Shown piece after piece: positions 57,701-64,000 of a stretch of 64,000 nt of DNA. Position numbers and translations under genes: made by a program. Each line of letters starts with the position of its first letter. Positions within the stretch are counted from its first letter, which is position 1. The stretch is from Botryllus schlosseri (taxonomy: Eukaryota). The notes under the pieces were generated by a model. It was given only the letters and a program-made list of their open reading frames with translations, did not search any database and was not told the origin of the DNA. The stretch lies in assembly GCA_051294905.1 (NCBI GenBank), contig CM119381.1, positions 11,284,001 through 11,348,000 on the forward strand, read 5' to 3'.

Positions 57701-60482
57701 CGAAGCGACGCACCTTCAACGCAGTTCATGTAGGTAGGCGGAAGATATACATCAAGATTAAAATTCCCATTGAACTTTAAATCCACGTGGAACTTGGTTG
57801 TCACATAGAAGAACCTGCCCCGTCGTTTGATGGTGAGACCGCTCGGCTCGTGCAGGTATGGAAGATTGACAAGCACTTTATCAACCTGAGTTGCGCAGGA
57901 TAATTACGTCAGAACATTATAAGTCCTTAATTTGAGAATTCGATCTTACCAGAAAATGTCCGCCTTTTCGAATTTCAATTTCTATGCCATGGACACGCAC
58001 AAGAGCTCTCTCAAGCCATGAAATTCCAGGTTTTCCTCGTTCGTTGTTCTCGACCTAATATTCATGGAAATTATCAGCTTCGGCATCAATAAGTCGTTAT
58101 TAATAAACTCCGCCGTGAGTCTACAATCGTAAGCTGGTAGAGGCCTCCGACAGCGGCAAAATAGTCAGGTAGAGCCAAGCTTAGACCCCTGTATCATTGT
58201 AGCGTGGCGATCATAATTAGATCGTCCGAAGAACCAAATCTAACAATCGTCAGATGGCGGGTATAGTGAAAAAGCCCAGTACTGTGACGCATATTAGCCT
58301 CGCGATACGTATTGAACAATTACTCGATATCATTTGTATACCGTAGCACAGCCTCGCTTCGCACTGACACTACAATCTAATACGTGGCTACTCATTTGGG
58401 AAGTTTAGCTCTCTTCTATTTTTGTATATGTTATATATATAATGTACCATTTTATATGCATTGGGCATAGGCATGCGATCTCTAATCGCCAGGCTTGTTT
58501 GCGCACTTAGAGAATCCTGAATCGCGTGTCATTAGGCAATTAGGCATACGATTTGCGCTGTAATAGTTGTGTTTTACTTTACCGGCATTTAAAACTCACC
58601 AGTACTTCGATGGAAGTCAGATTTGGACAAATCACGTTGACCAGTTGGTACATGCAAGTCCCCATGAAATCGATTGCCTTGTTGTCAAACGTCAGGTAAT
58701 GTGGATCGCCACGGGCCACGCATTTTGCTTTTACTCTCTTATCTGCAACATAGTACATTCAAGATATATAAACGCATTCGATATGTTTCAAACGAGTCAG
58801 ACGAGATGATATACTTACGACATCTTCTCCCAGAGAATCCAGGCGGACAAGCACAGCTCGTATCACCGTTCGCCAATTCCATACAGGTTCCCCCGTTTTT
58901 ACATTTATTCCTAAGGAAGCATTTAGTAGCTTCGCGGAAAACAACAGAAGTGTTAATATTTGTTATTAGTTTCTCCATAATGAATACGAAATAACTGTAC
59001 CTTGCTCGCACAGGGTCCCCTTGGTACCTTCCTTACAAATACATTCGAAATTCTTTTTTCCTATTGCGATACATGTTCCGTCGTTTTTGCAAGGGTCTTC
59101 GTAGCACGCGTTGAAGTCTAGAAACCAGGCCAAATAAGTGTAGCGGTTTCACGAATTTTATGGACATAATGCTCCTATTTTCAGTCGAGAGATAACATAA
59201 CATGGTCTTTAACGGTCAATAGGACTGGGAACAATGATTCGAGAACTCGAATGCGAATACAATATTAATTCTGTTGTTTGGAGTTGATTTTACAGTACTG
59301 ATATTAAACCCTCCTTTCCACTGACTAAGATCACTTCCCACCGTTGCAACCTTAAAACCTCGATAGGTCGGATGAAAACACTCAAAACATATATAGGCCC
59401 AGTAGTAGCGTTACCACATTTTGAGATCTGAAATTGAGGATACTTTTCAAATACTCTGAAAGCTCCAGCACCGAACAAGAAAACTGGTCATTTTGAAAAC
59501 GATAATAAAAAATAGGTCATCACTTCGATTCGACTCCCGAATTACTCGCTTTTTTACAATTATGTGTAGTGTTGTCTTAAAAAAGATCATCAAATTGGCT
59601 CGGCTACCGTTTTAGCCGATTTTTCACGAATGTCTGACGTTCGCGACGTCGGGGTTCAGTTTTGGATCGAATTTTAGTAGTTTTTCTAGAAAAAGAGGAC
59701 AAAGTCCCAAAAAATAGGGTAATTAGGCGTCCTCCAAGAACATTTTCAATTTTTTTTTTAAAGAGAACTTAAAACTCATAACAGCGGACGTAAGGTAACC
59801 CTAAGCCTACAAAGCTTCGCACATTGGTAGAAATGAAATTTCTGCAAAGTCGTGTCCAACCCACATAGCGTTGCTGTACGTGTGATGAAATGGCCAATTA
59901 TCGATTATGTGGTGTAGAATGGGCATTGTATTCTTTGTGATCGCATAAAAGGTATAGATTTGAAATTTCCACTTCATCCGCTCTTTACGATATCATATTG
60001 AGTAATAATCGTATGCTCGTATCGAATCGAAGCCCACTATTCGATTCGGAATCAGACACGAATGGACGTTCATCTGAACGCTACACCAATCGCATTGATG
60101 TAACAAAATTGACCTCAGACACTAACTTACTTATTTGGCATGCGAACGGAGCTTTTCGTCTGCAATTTTTCGTCCTCATAGATCCGGTCATCGCCATAGC
60201 TCCACATTCCCTAGACCTCATCGGCTGGCGTCTTTTCCAGTTCACGAAGCTGAGGTTCGACAGCTTTCCGTCCGACCAGTAATAATCATCTTTGTCTATT
60301 TTGTCAATTCCTGTGTTTATAGACGGATATTTCATTATGGATTGTGTATTCATGATAGCGTGAGTAGTCCATCACAAACCTATTTGCAGTTGACCTTCCA
60401 GTTGGTCCCTGCGACTAGGATCGGCTCTTACAACAGCGTCCATCAAATTCACCATGAATTGGACAGCTTTCTTGCTCTTTAT
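389..60482 (-). CDS. Giant multi-exon secreted/extracellular mosaic protein (CTLD-EGF-VWD/C8/TIL-VWA-cbEGF-WxxW-Calx-beta x>=23); FCGBP/zonadhesin/mucin-like head plus Calx-beta stalk; partial at both ends
   Basis: 103 exons traced by hand with AG acceptors and GT donors (two GC donors). Cumulative phases stay in frame throughout (17,674 nt, ~5,890 aa). Domain calls come from recognisable motifs, not a database search. Confidence 0.9.
849..1352 (-). CDS. Calx-beta 22, class E (1155-1352, 849-1016)
   Basis: VEFEKDSYTVME; IMNDEIYENPEVFTLEL. Confidence 0.9.
2031..2858 (-). CDS. Calx-beta 21, class S (2667-2858, 2031-2195)
   Basis: KPKYETSE..RLLTKPDTADESDF; KDNLPEDEERFVVYL. Confidence 0.88.
3471..4232 (-). 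CDS. Calx-beta-like 20, class N (4041-4232, 3471-3617)
   Basis: LGRHGDT..YKLNDSPD. Confidence 0.83.
4297..5313 (-). CDS. Calx-beta 19, class E (5116-5313, 4297-4464)
   Basis: VEFEKDNYTVIE; ITNDEVYEKPETFTMEL. Confidence 0.9.
5676..6251 (-). CDS. Calx-beta 18, class S (6060-6251, 5676-5843)
   Basis: PEPKYETSE..RLLTKPDTADESDF; KDNLPEDEESFIIYL. Confidence 0.88.
6808..7260 (+). mobile_element. tRNA-derived SINE-like element, different body; 3' limit approximate
   Basis: A box TAGCGTAGTGG (6815-6825), B box GGTTCGAGTCC (6859-6869). Confidence 0.6.
7422..7813 (-). CDS. Calx-beta-like 17, class N (7628-7813, 7422-7568)
   Basis: LGRKGDT..RLNDSP. Confidence 0.83.
7873..8744 (-). CDS. Calx-beta 16, class E (8547-8744, 7873-8040)
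   Basis: VEFADDSFEVIE..GSAESPGDF; DNIKEEPEKFTVEL. Confidence 0.88.
9287..10142 (-). CDS. Calx-beta-like 15, divergent class N (9951-10142, 9287-9430)
   Basis: YFIKDV..TITVGRK..ASFEPG; 192/144-bp phase-1 exons. Confidence 0.72.
10724..11146 (-). CDS. Calx-beta 14, class S (10955-11146, 10724-10888)
   Basis: KEPKY..TKPDTADDTDF; ENAEEFIVFL. Confidence 0.87.
11731..12331 (-). CDS. Calx-beta 13, class D (12134-12331, 11731-11907)
   Basis: YTVAETEG..RTGDLS; IITDDLGEDDETFLVLL. Confidence 0.9.
12388..13308 (-). CDS. Calx-beta-like 12, class Q (13126-13308, 12388-12540)
   Basis: VKLEFTVIRDG..VQFVEG. Confidence 0.8.
13369..14260 (-). CDS. Calx-beta-like 11, class N (14069-14260, 13369-13515)
   Basis: GRKGDI..YKLNDSPD. 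Confidence 0.83.
14318..15185 (-). CDS. Calx-beta 10, class E (14988-15185, 14318-14485)
   Basis: IVNDDTNEEPESFTVEL. Confidence 0.9.
15257..16080. mobile_element. TIR-bounded element with a telomere-like G-rich core (unclassified)
   Basis: Inverted ends cggcacttggtgaattcggccc / gggccgaattaaccaagtcccg; internal imperfect repeats rich in TAGGGTT/GGGGGAG (about 15635-15930). Confidence 0.7.
16376..16993 (-). CDS. Calx-beta 9, class D (16796-16993, 16376-16552)
   Basis: IVDDDIDEDDETFIVML. Confidence 0.9.
17059..18079 (-). CDS. Calx-beta-like 8, class Q (17897-18079, 17059-17211)
   Basis: IKLEFTVVREG..VQFVEG; paralogous to 13126-13308/12388-12540. Confidence 0.8.
18135..19086 (-). CDS. Calx-beta-like 7, class N (18895-19086 with GC donor, 18135-18281)
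   Basis: GRKGDI..YRLNDSPD; paralogous to 14069-14260/13369-13515. Confidence 0.83.
19150..19796 (-). CDS. Calx-beta 6, class E (19602-19796, 19150-19317; GC donor)
   Basis: Class E motifs; first exon is 3 nt shorter than its paralogues. Confidence 0.87.
20157..20746 (-). CDS. Calx-beta 5, class D (20549-20746, 20157-20333)
   Basis: Near-identical to Calx-beta 3. Confidence 0.9.
20827..21620 (-). CDS. Calx-beta 4, class E (21423-21620, 20827-20994)
   Basis: Near-identical to Calx-beta 2. Confidence 0.9.
21941..21998. repeat. Perfect 29-bp tandem duplication
   Basis: caacccctttaattgggtaactaacaagc x2; single copy in the paralogous intron near 20111. Confidence 0.9.
22014..22624 (-). CDS. Calx-beta 3, class D (22427-22624, 22014-22190)
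   Basis: YTVAESDG..RTGDLS; IIDNDIDEDDETFMVML. Confidence 0.9.
22705..23326 (-). CDS. Calx-beta 2, class E (23129-23326, 22705-22872)
   Basis: VEFEKEVYTVLE..GSATSPEDF; IVNDESEEEPESFTVQL. Confidence 0.9.
24221..24641 (-). CDS. Calx-beta 1, class S (24450-24641, 24221-24385)
   Basis: KDPKY..RLLTRPDTA..DF; ITNDEEDEVTEQFILYL. Confidence 0.88.
25041..25824 (-). CDS. Two mucin-type WxxW domains (25705-25824, 25465-25641, 25253-25398, 25041-25188)
   Basis: HWTEWFN...GDFE...C.DYEMQLCC and IWTEWFNIDK..GGDNE...GFVCEN...CLDYEVRYCC. Confidence 0.9.
26224..29055 (-). CDS. TILa-like module plus four calcium-binding EGF domains (28660-29055, 26403-26525, 26224-26346)
   Basis: EVDEC..CIDTKESYEC; DINEC..CKNLVGGFEC; DINEC..CENTYSSYRC; EINEC..CENTDGGYEC. 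Confidence 0.9.
26641..27214. mobile_element. hAT/Charlie-like MITE
   Basis: TIRs CAGTGGTTTTCAACC / GGTTGAGAACCACTG; no TSD match; related sequence near 61440-61520. Confidence 0.65.
27357..28622. mobile_element. Non-autonomous hAT-type element with AGTAG/ACTACT-rich subtermini, 1,266 bp
   Basis: TIRs CAGAGGTG / CACCTCTG; TSD gtcaatag / atcaatag (7/8). Confidence 0.75.
29576..30942 (-). CDS. VWA domain 4, degenerate (30800-30942, 29824-30093, 29576-29768)
   Basis: LDVVLILQSDD...FHIGEDQVQIASFSY...RRIGVPGVTLLVT...IVVVAL. Confidence 0.82.
31001..31300 (-). CDS. EGF plus calcium-binding EGF (31187-31300, 31001-31126)
   Basis: [41 protein letters not shown]. Confidence 0.9.
32105..34385 (-). 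CDS. VWA domain 3 plus Cys-rich TILa-like module (34243-34385, 32787-33276, 32105-32257)
   Basis: NLIVVIDSCLTM...RSDVPAVTVFLTAG...LVVVGIG; PDCKIECTC. Confidence 0.85.
33602..33975 (+). mobile_element. tRNA-derived SINE
   Basis: A box TAGTGTAGTGG (33610-33620), B box GGTTCGATTCC (33653-33663), ~300-bp body, AATAAT-type tail; no tRNA cloverleaf. Confidence 0.7.
34442..35348 (-). CDS. VWA domain 2 plus Cys-rich TILa-like module (35206-35348, 34650-35145, 34442-34591)
   Basis: DLMIVLESSSSI...RLGNAL...RPGVPVAVLALADG...IVAVGI; KDCTEMCHC. Confidence 0.88.
35405..35503 (-). CDS. Acidic plus Thr/Pro-rich linker exon
   Basis: DETETEKNEDDGLDPFEPDPIATTTPVTPTAAP; 99 bp, phase 1-1, canonical sites. Confidence 0.75.
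35557..38865 (-). CDS. VWD4-C8-TIL-TILa-like (38585-38865, 38135-38290, 37428-37600, 36898-37057, 36594-36745, 36415-36536, 35557-35703)
   Basis: TCSAV..YSSFDG; VGCLCGNNND; GPFSKCH; YAESC..IPDWRE; CVCNNGYVLDDERCIPIEDCGC. Confidence 0.88.
38924..41417 (-). CDS. VWD3-C8-TIL-TILa-like (41275-41417, 40755-40859, 40458-40629, 40295-40394, 40093-40234, 39621-39747, 39443-39553, 39126-39217, 38924-39065)
   Basis: RGNMHYQSFDGKEFSFKGTCSY; GLAGNYNGNPDDD; FSICHSSVDPAPYFGDCEFDAC; exon sizes mirror the VWD1 module. Confidence 0.9.
41481..42680 (-). CDS. VWA domain 1, MIDAS intact (42512-42680, 41481-41884)
   Basis: DLVLVVDGSSSM...GGSNTGKA...LLITD...IIVIGIG. Confidence 0.9.
43412..43928. mobile_element. 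hAT-type MITE rich in GACTCGAGTC motifs
   Basis: TIRs CAGGGTTGTAA / TTACAACCCTG; TSD attcctac / attcctgc (7/8). Confidence 0.8.
44139..50935 (-). CDS. VWD2-C8-TIL-TILa-like (50700-50935, 50567-50644, 47758-47910, 46855-47030, 46664-46784, 45070-45230, 44139-44404)
   Basis: TCRVWGLNHFSTFD; VGCMCGNFDG; CCKDNVDPVDFYQDCVTDSC; YATEC..TCDW; CVCSFGFVKEGDQCVKLEDCGC. Confidence 0.88.
45900..46170 (-). mobile_element. 5'-truncated LINE (CR1/L2-like) ORF2 C-terminal remnant
   Basis: IHSYGTRSK...GIDVWDKLPLRLKSMSFSSFKAAFL fits the H.Y.TR...G..LWN.LP..LK...S...FK pattern of non-LTR ORF2 C-termini. Confidence 0.6.
47147..47670. mobile_element. Second copy of the GACTCGAGTC MITE, opposite orientation to 43412-43928
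   Basis: Termini cagggttgtaatgactcgagtc ... gtgacttggttacaacccta; no clean TSD. Confidence 0.75.
49325..49826. mobile_element. hAT-type MITE, ~500 bp
   Basis: TIRs TAGGGCTGGGCA / TGCCCAGCCCTA; TSD ctgattag / atgattag (7/8); a related terminus (taggactgggaacaatgattcgag) lies at 59221. Confidence 0.8.
51537..52761. mobile_element. Non-autonomous hAT-type DNA transposon, 1,225 bp
   Basis: TIRs CAGTGCGTCTCAA / TTGGGAAGCACTG; perfect 8-bp TSD TTATAAAT (51529-51536 and 52762-52769). Confidence 0.85.
53231..58742 (-). CDS. VWD1-C8-TIL-TILa-like (58600-58742, 57950-58054, 57714-57885, 57546-57645, 57139-57277, 54345-54477, 54164-54277, 54012-54103, 53231-53372)
   Basis: KCVARGDPHYLTFD...FMGTCMYQL; GICGDYNG; FSACHKRINPDLFYENCKFDLC; CPPNSFYTPCISECESDC. 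Confidence 0.9.
55077..56081. mobile_element. Non-autonomous hAT-type element, ~1 kb
   Basis: Imperfect TIRs (aagtggatcgtaacct..ctccagcgcccc / ggggcgctggag..aggttaagaaccaccg) flanked by the 8-bp direct repeat GACTAGAC. Confidence 0.75.
58819..59117 (-). CDS. Two EGF-like domains (59001-59117, 58819-58929)
   Basis: CYEDPCKNDGTC...FECICKEGTKGTLC and CFLRNKCKNGGTC...CACPPGFSGRRC; phase-1 exons. Confidence 0.9.
60131..60482 (-). CDS. C-type lectin-like domain, C-terminal two exons (60380-60482, 60131-60310)
   Basis: IKSKKAVQFMVNLM...LQIGIDKIDKDDYYWSDGKLSNLSFVNWKRRQPMRSRECGAM...KNCRRKAPFACQ fits the CTLD WIG/W-DG/NW/C..C pattern. Confidence 0.8.
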
Positions 60483-62019
60483 CTGTAAACAGAACAGATA
60501 CATGATATGATTACTCCTGTACGACCCAGATGATCAATTTATTTAAATAGCTCTTCTTTACATGAGAGTAGCAATATTTATACCATGTCAAACAGACGGC
60601 CCGCGAGCTGCACCCGGCTCGCGTAGCTATACTGATTGAAAAATGCTTGTATTGTTGAGATTTTTAGTAAGCAACACTTCTATTAAATATTTCCTCAAAT
60701 CAGCATCTGATTTCGAACATTGTTCATAGGCCACATTATGCCCATCAGACGGCCTTGTTGCTGTTCCACTCTAGTCGCCATTAGGAACAAATCGCTGATA
60801 TTGAAACCAAATTCCGAGTATGCAAATACGTGCACACTGAGTTTGAAGTTTTATGGAAAATTGGAACAAAAGTAGTTATTCACAGAAGCGAAAACGCCGA
60901 TGCGAAACCATTATTACAAGTTTCATACACAATATCACAGTTCGCGAAGAATCCGTGGTCGCGCTGCTGTTTAACTTCTGACGCAGAAGATCTGCTGCCT
61001 CCAGTGATCCCCGAATTGTGATTCAATTATAATGACGCAAATCCCAACGTCCGGGTTTACAGTTCAATCTTTTGTATTCTTCACAATTAATGCATAGGGC
61101 TAACGCCAAATTACGAATAAAACAAAGGGAGTATGGAAATATGCCAACTGATATCGTCGTTAGAGCCACTATTTGAGCCGTTAAGAACTGTATTCAATCG
61201 ACAACCATGAATTCCGTTGCTTGCGAGTATAGGTGTTGCTTCAGTAAGCTCTATGATTCGTAATATACGATTATGTATAGACTTGACAATATAGTATTCA
61301 ATAAAAATCAAGGGTATGGATTTTAGAGGCAACAGTTTGGAATCATTTAAATAGTCCGGCCCGCAAGCGATCCGACCTGCGGCAAAAGTTGAGTTTGACA
61401 TCCCTGTTTTAGACCATGGCGTCCGCTAGACTAGAGGTCCTAAATTGCCGGTCCGTGATAACTTTCCGGCCGGTCCGCTAAATATATTTCAATTTTATTC
61501 CCAATTGCCAAATGTGAGAGGTCGAAGGCTTGTCTTATGCTTAACAACCTTACAGTGATTTAGAAATTTGAAACGTAGTTCTAAACGCTAAAAATTACAT
61601 ATATTATATAAATCAGAACATTTGTCTTCGCGCCACCGTAAGTATATATACCAATAATACCATCCACATGACGTTACAGCCTCCAGAGTCAAATTCCTAA
61701 TTAAATGACGGCATGACAGCAAGGATTGTCAGAGAGCATGTATACGTGAATTAGATTAGAAGGCGACGAGTCGTTCAATTGCAGACTCTGGCTTAGTACC
61801 ATGCAGTTCCACTATCAGCACGACAGAGCCGAGAAACGCTTCACAACAATTGAGGGGAGCGAGTCACAAATAAAAACAGTCAGGTGCTTTTTCACTTGGA
61901 TTTGTGTTGTCTTTTACATCCACCAGGTCTCGATGGATATATCACGACATGAGTTTGTTGAAATCTTTTGACCCCTTCCTATCTATCAACTGCATCTCCC
62001 ACTTTTTAATTGTGTGTAG

Positions 62020-62368
62020 CATGTGACTCGAGATATTCTACATGACTTCTTTGAGTCTCGTAGGTCTATATCGAGAGTAATAATTGAAAATAGGCCCAGA
62101 AACTGTTATTTATCTACTTGAATAAACATGTTTAGAGTTCGCAGAAGTGAGTTGAACCTGCCTTGAACTCGCTACTGAACAGTAAACACAATGAGTCGGA
62201 CTCGGACTCGCGTCTTAACAGTAAGACTAGAACTGGGCCCGTGCCTCCTTAACATGGACTCGGACTTGACTCGGTAGTGAATTGAAAATGACTCGACTTG
62301 ACTCGGAACAGAACTATAAAAGTCAAATAGACTTCTGACTCGGAACCTAGCGACTTGGTTACAACCCT
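62020..62368. mobile_element. Third, partial and diverged copy of the GACTCGAGTC MITE
   Basis: gtgaattgaaaatgactcgacttgactcgg..aactataaaagtca..gacttggttacaaccct matches 47575-47670; left boundary approximate. Confidence 0.65.
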
Positions 62369-64000
62369 TATGGCCAACGCTTATGCACCCAGTAATCACA
62401 CGTCAACATGTCAAATAAACGTGTGTGGTCTGATCTACTTTCTGTGTAATGGCGTAATCATTACAACTATCTACCCTCTAATTTAAACTGCACAATTGGT
62501 GGTGTGGTACTGCACAATACGTGTTCGAAGTTCATCTAGGCTCCTCCTCGCCATCTCATCCGCGTAAGCGGTGTCTTATAAAAGCCTAGAAGTGGGCCGT
62601 GCTGCAAGTCGGCAGCTAAAAAGAACTAAAATGAAGGAAATTGGCCTGGTGTAAAATGACCATAGTAGTCGACAAAACACCACGAATTTCACAAACAAAC
62701 AAACACAATTGGTGCATCTGCCGTTGCCAATCACGCAGTTTGCAATCGGACAACGGACAAGCAAATGATCCTCATGGAATATGAGTAAATGGTGTATGCA
62801 ATAGTACTTTGTATTCTTGGAACATATATTTTGAGTGGTTGTTGAATGTATATGTGTATGCATAGGCGCCGAGATACGTAGTGACGGGACGGCGCAGCCA
62901 CCCCATAACACATTTATGGGGTGGCAGCCACCCCATACAATCAGATTAAACGTCCGCGGTCTGCGATTTCAAATCATCAGCGCTGTCAATTAGCGAGTCC
63001 GTGATAGCGTACAAATGCCAACTATTTACCATTAACGGGTACGCGCGCGAATCATTGAAAACGCAGCTTCGTCGGCGACGACGAACTAGTGCTCAAAACG
63101 CCCCAATAAATTGTAATCTGTGATTAGTAATAAGACAATCGAAGCAACCTCGTTTACGACGTCAATTTCGACACGCTGGCGCCGAGAAACATCATCTTCT
63201 CTCTCGACCAGACGAGCGAATTCACGTTCTCCTTCTCTTAATTAAATTGTATTTGCGCCCATATTCGTTTACAACAGAGGTCTCAAACACGCGGCCCGCG
63301 AGACCATTTTATGCGGCCCGTGACGGCATTTTGGATTTCGAAGTATTCGACAATATTTAACTCCAATTTTTTTTAATTTGAGAACTTAAAACTCGCTCTA
63401 AAACTACTCCAGAAGCCTGAAACTACTCATCAAACTTCACTAATACATCACTTTCAAATGTTACCACGCAGTGGGAGATCAACTATAACGTGACATTGCT
63501 TGTTTATGATCGTAAAACATGACCCGTTGATGATTCGTGACTGAAATTTGTGATTTGAACTAGGGCGCGACCTTCTGTAGAATTACTCGTACTTGTACTC
63601 GTCGCGTCAAACGTTACAATCAGAGAAGGACTTTTGTGACTTGGTACAACTACGCACGCAGCAAACCATGGTGTCCTATATGGTGTGGACACAAGCAAAT
63701 CTCACGGTTCAGTGAAATTGGTGTACGTCACACTTTCCATTTGGTCAAAGGCAATTTGACGATAATTTTTTACCGGCTTGCCGAGCATGAAATTTGATAA
63801 AACGGGTATCAATCGAGAGCTACCACAGTATACTGATTACGAAAATATAAAATACTTCTGCTCGTGGTCCTGGAACTCCCCAGAATAAGCTTCGAATGTT
63901 GCATTGTAAGTGAGTTTGGTATTGTGACGCAGCAATGACGTCTGGGAGCAGGTGAGGAGCACTGCAAGGTGCAAGCGTATTGGTCATTGTTGCGCAAGCG

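Noticed and set aside
63504-63997. Candidate 5' exons of the gene (minus-strand ORFs 63809-63997 and 63504-63698)
   Set aside because: Joining them needs 30-36-bp introns (shortest supported here is ~55 bp), ends in a stop and gives no CTLD or signal-peptide motif

Overview
Eukaryotic, AT-rich animal genomic DNA. Compact introns down to ~55 bp suggest an invertebrate such as a tunicate (inference only). Almost the whole window is one giant spliced gene on the minus strand. I traced 103 exons by hand (60482 down to 389); their splice phases join into one uninterrupted frame of 17,674 nt (~5,890 aa), open at both ends (no start/signal peptide and no stop found in the window). Domain order N->C: C-type lectin (partial), EGF x2, [VWD-C8-TIL-TILa-like] x2, VWA, [VWD-C8-TIL-TILa-like] x2, acidic/Thr-Pro linker, VWA, Cys module, VWA, Cys module, EGF x2, VWA, Cys module, cbEGF x4, WxxW x2, then at least 23 Calx-beta(-like) domains. 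Each Calx-beta domain is encoded by a pair of phase-1 exons, and the domains form higher-order repeats. Introns hold hAT-type non-autonomous DNA transposons (several with 8-bp TSDs), two tRNA-derived SINEs, a LINE 3' remnant and a TIR element with a telomere-like G-rich core. No rRNA, true tRNA or CRISPR array was seen. The main candidate novelty is the protein itself: an FCGBP/mucin-like head fused to a very long modular Calx-beta stalk, a domain mix reminiscent of sponge aggregation factors.
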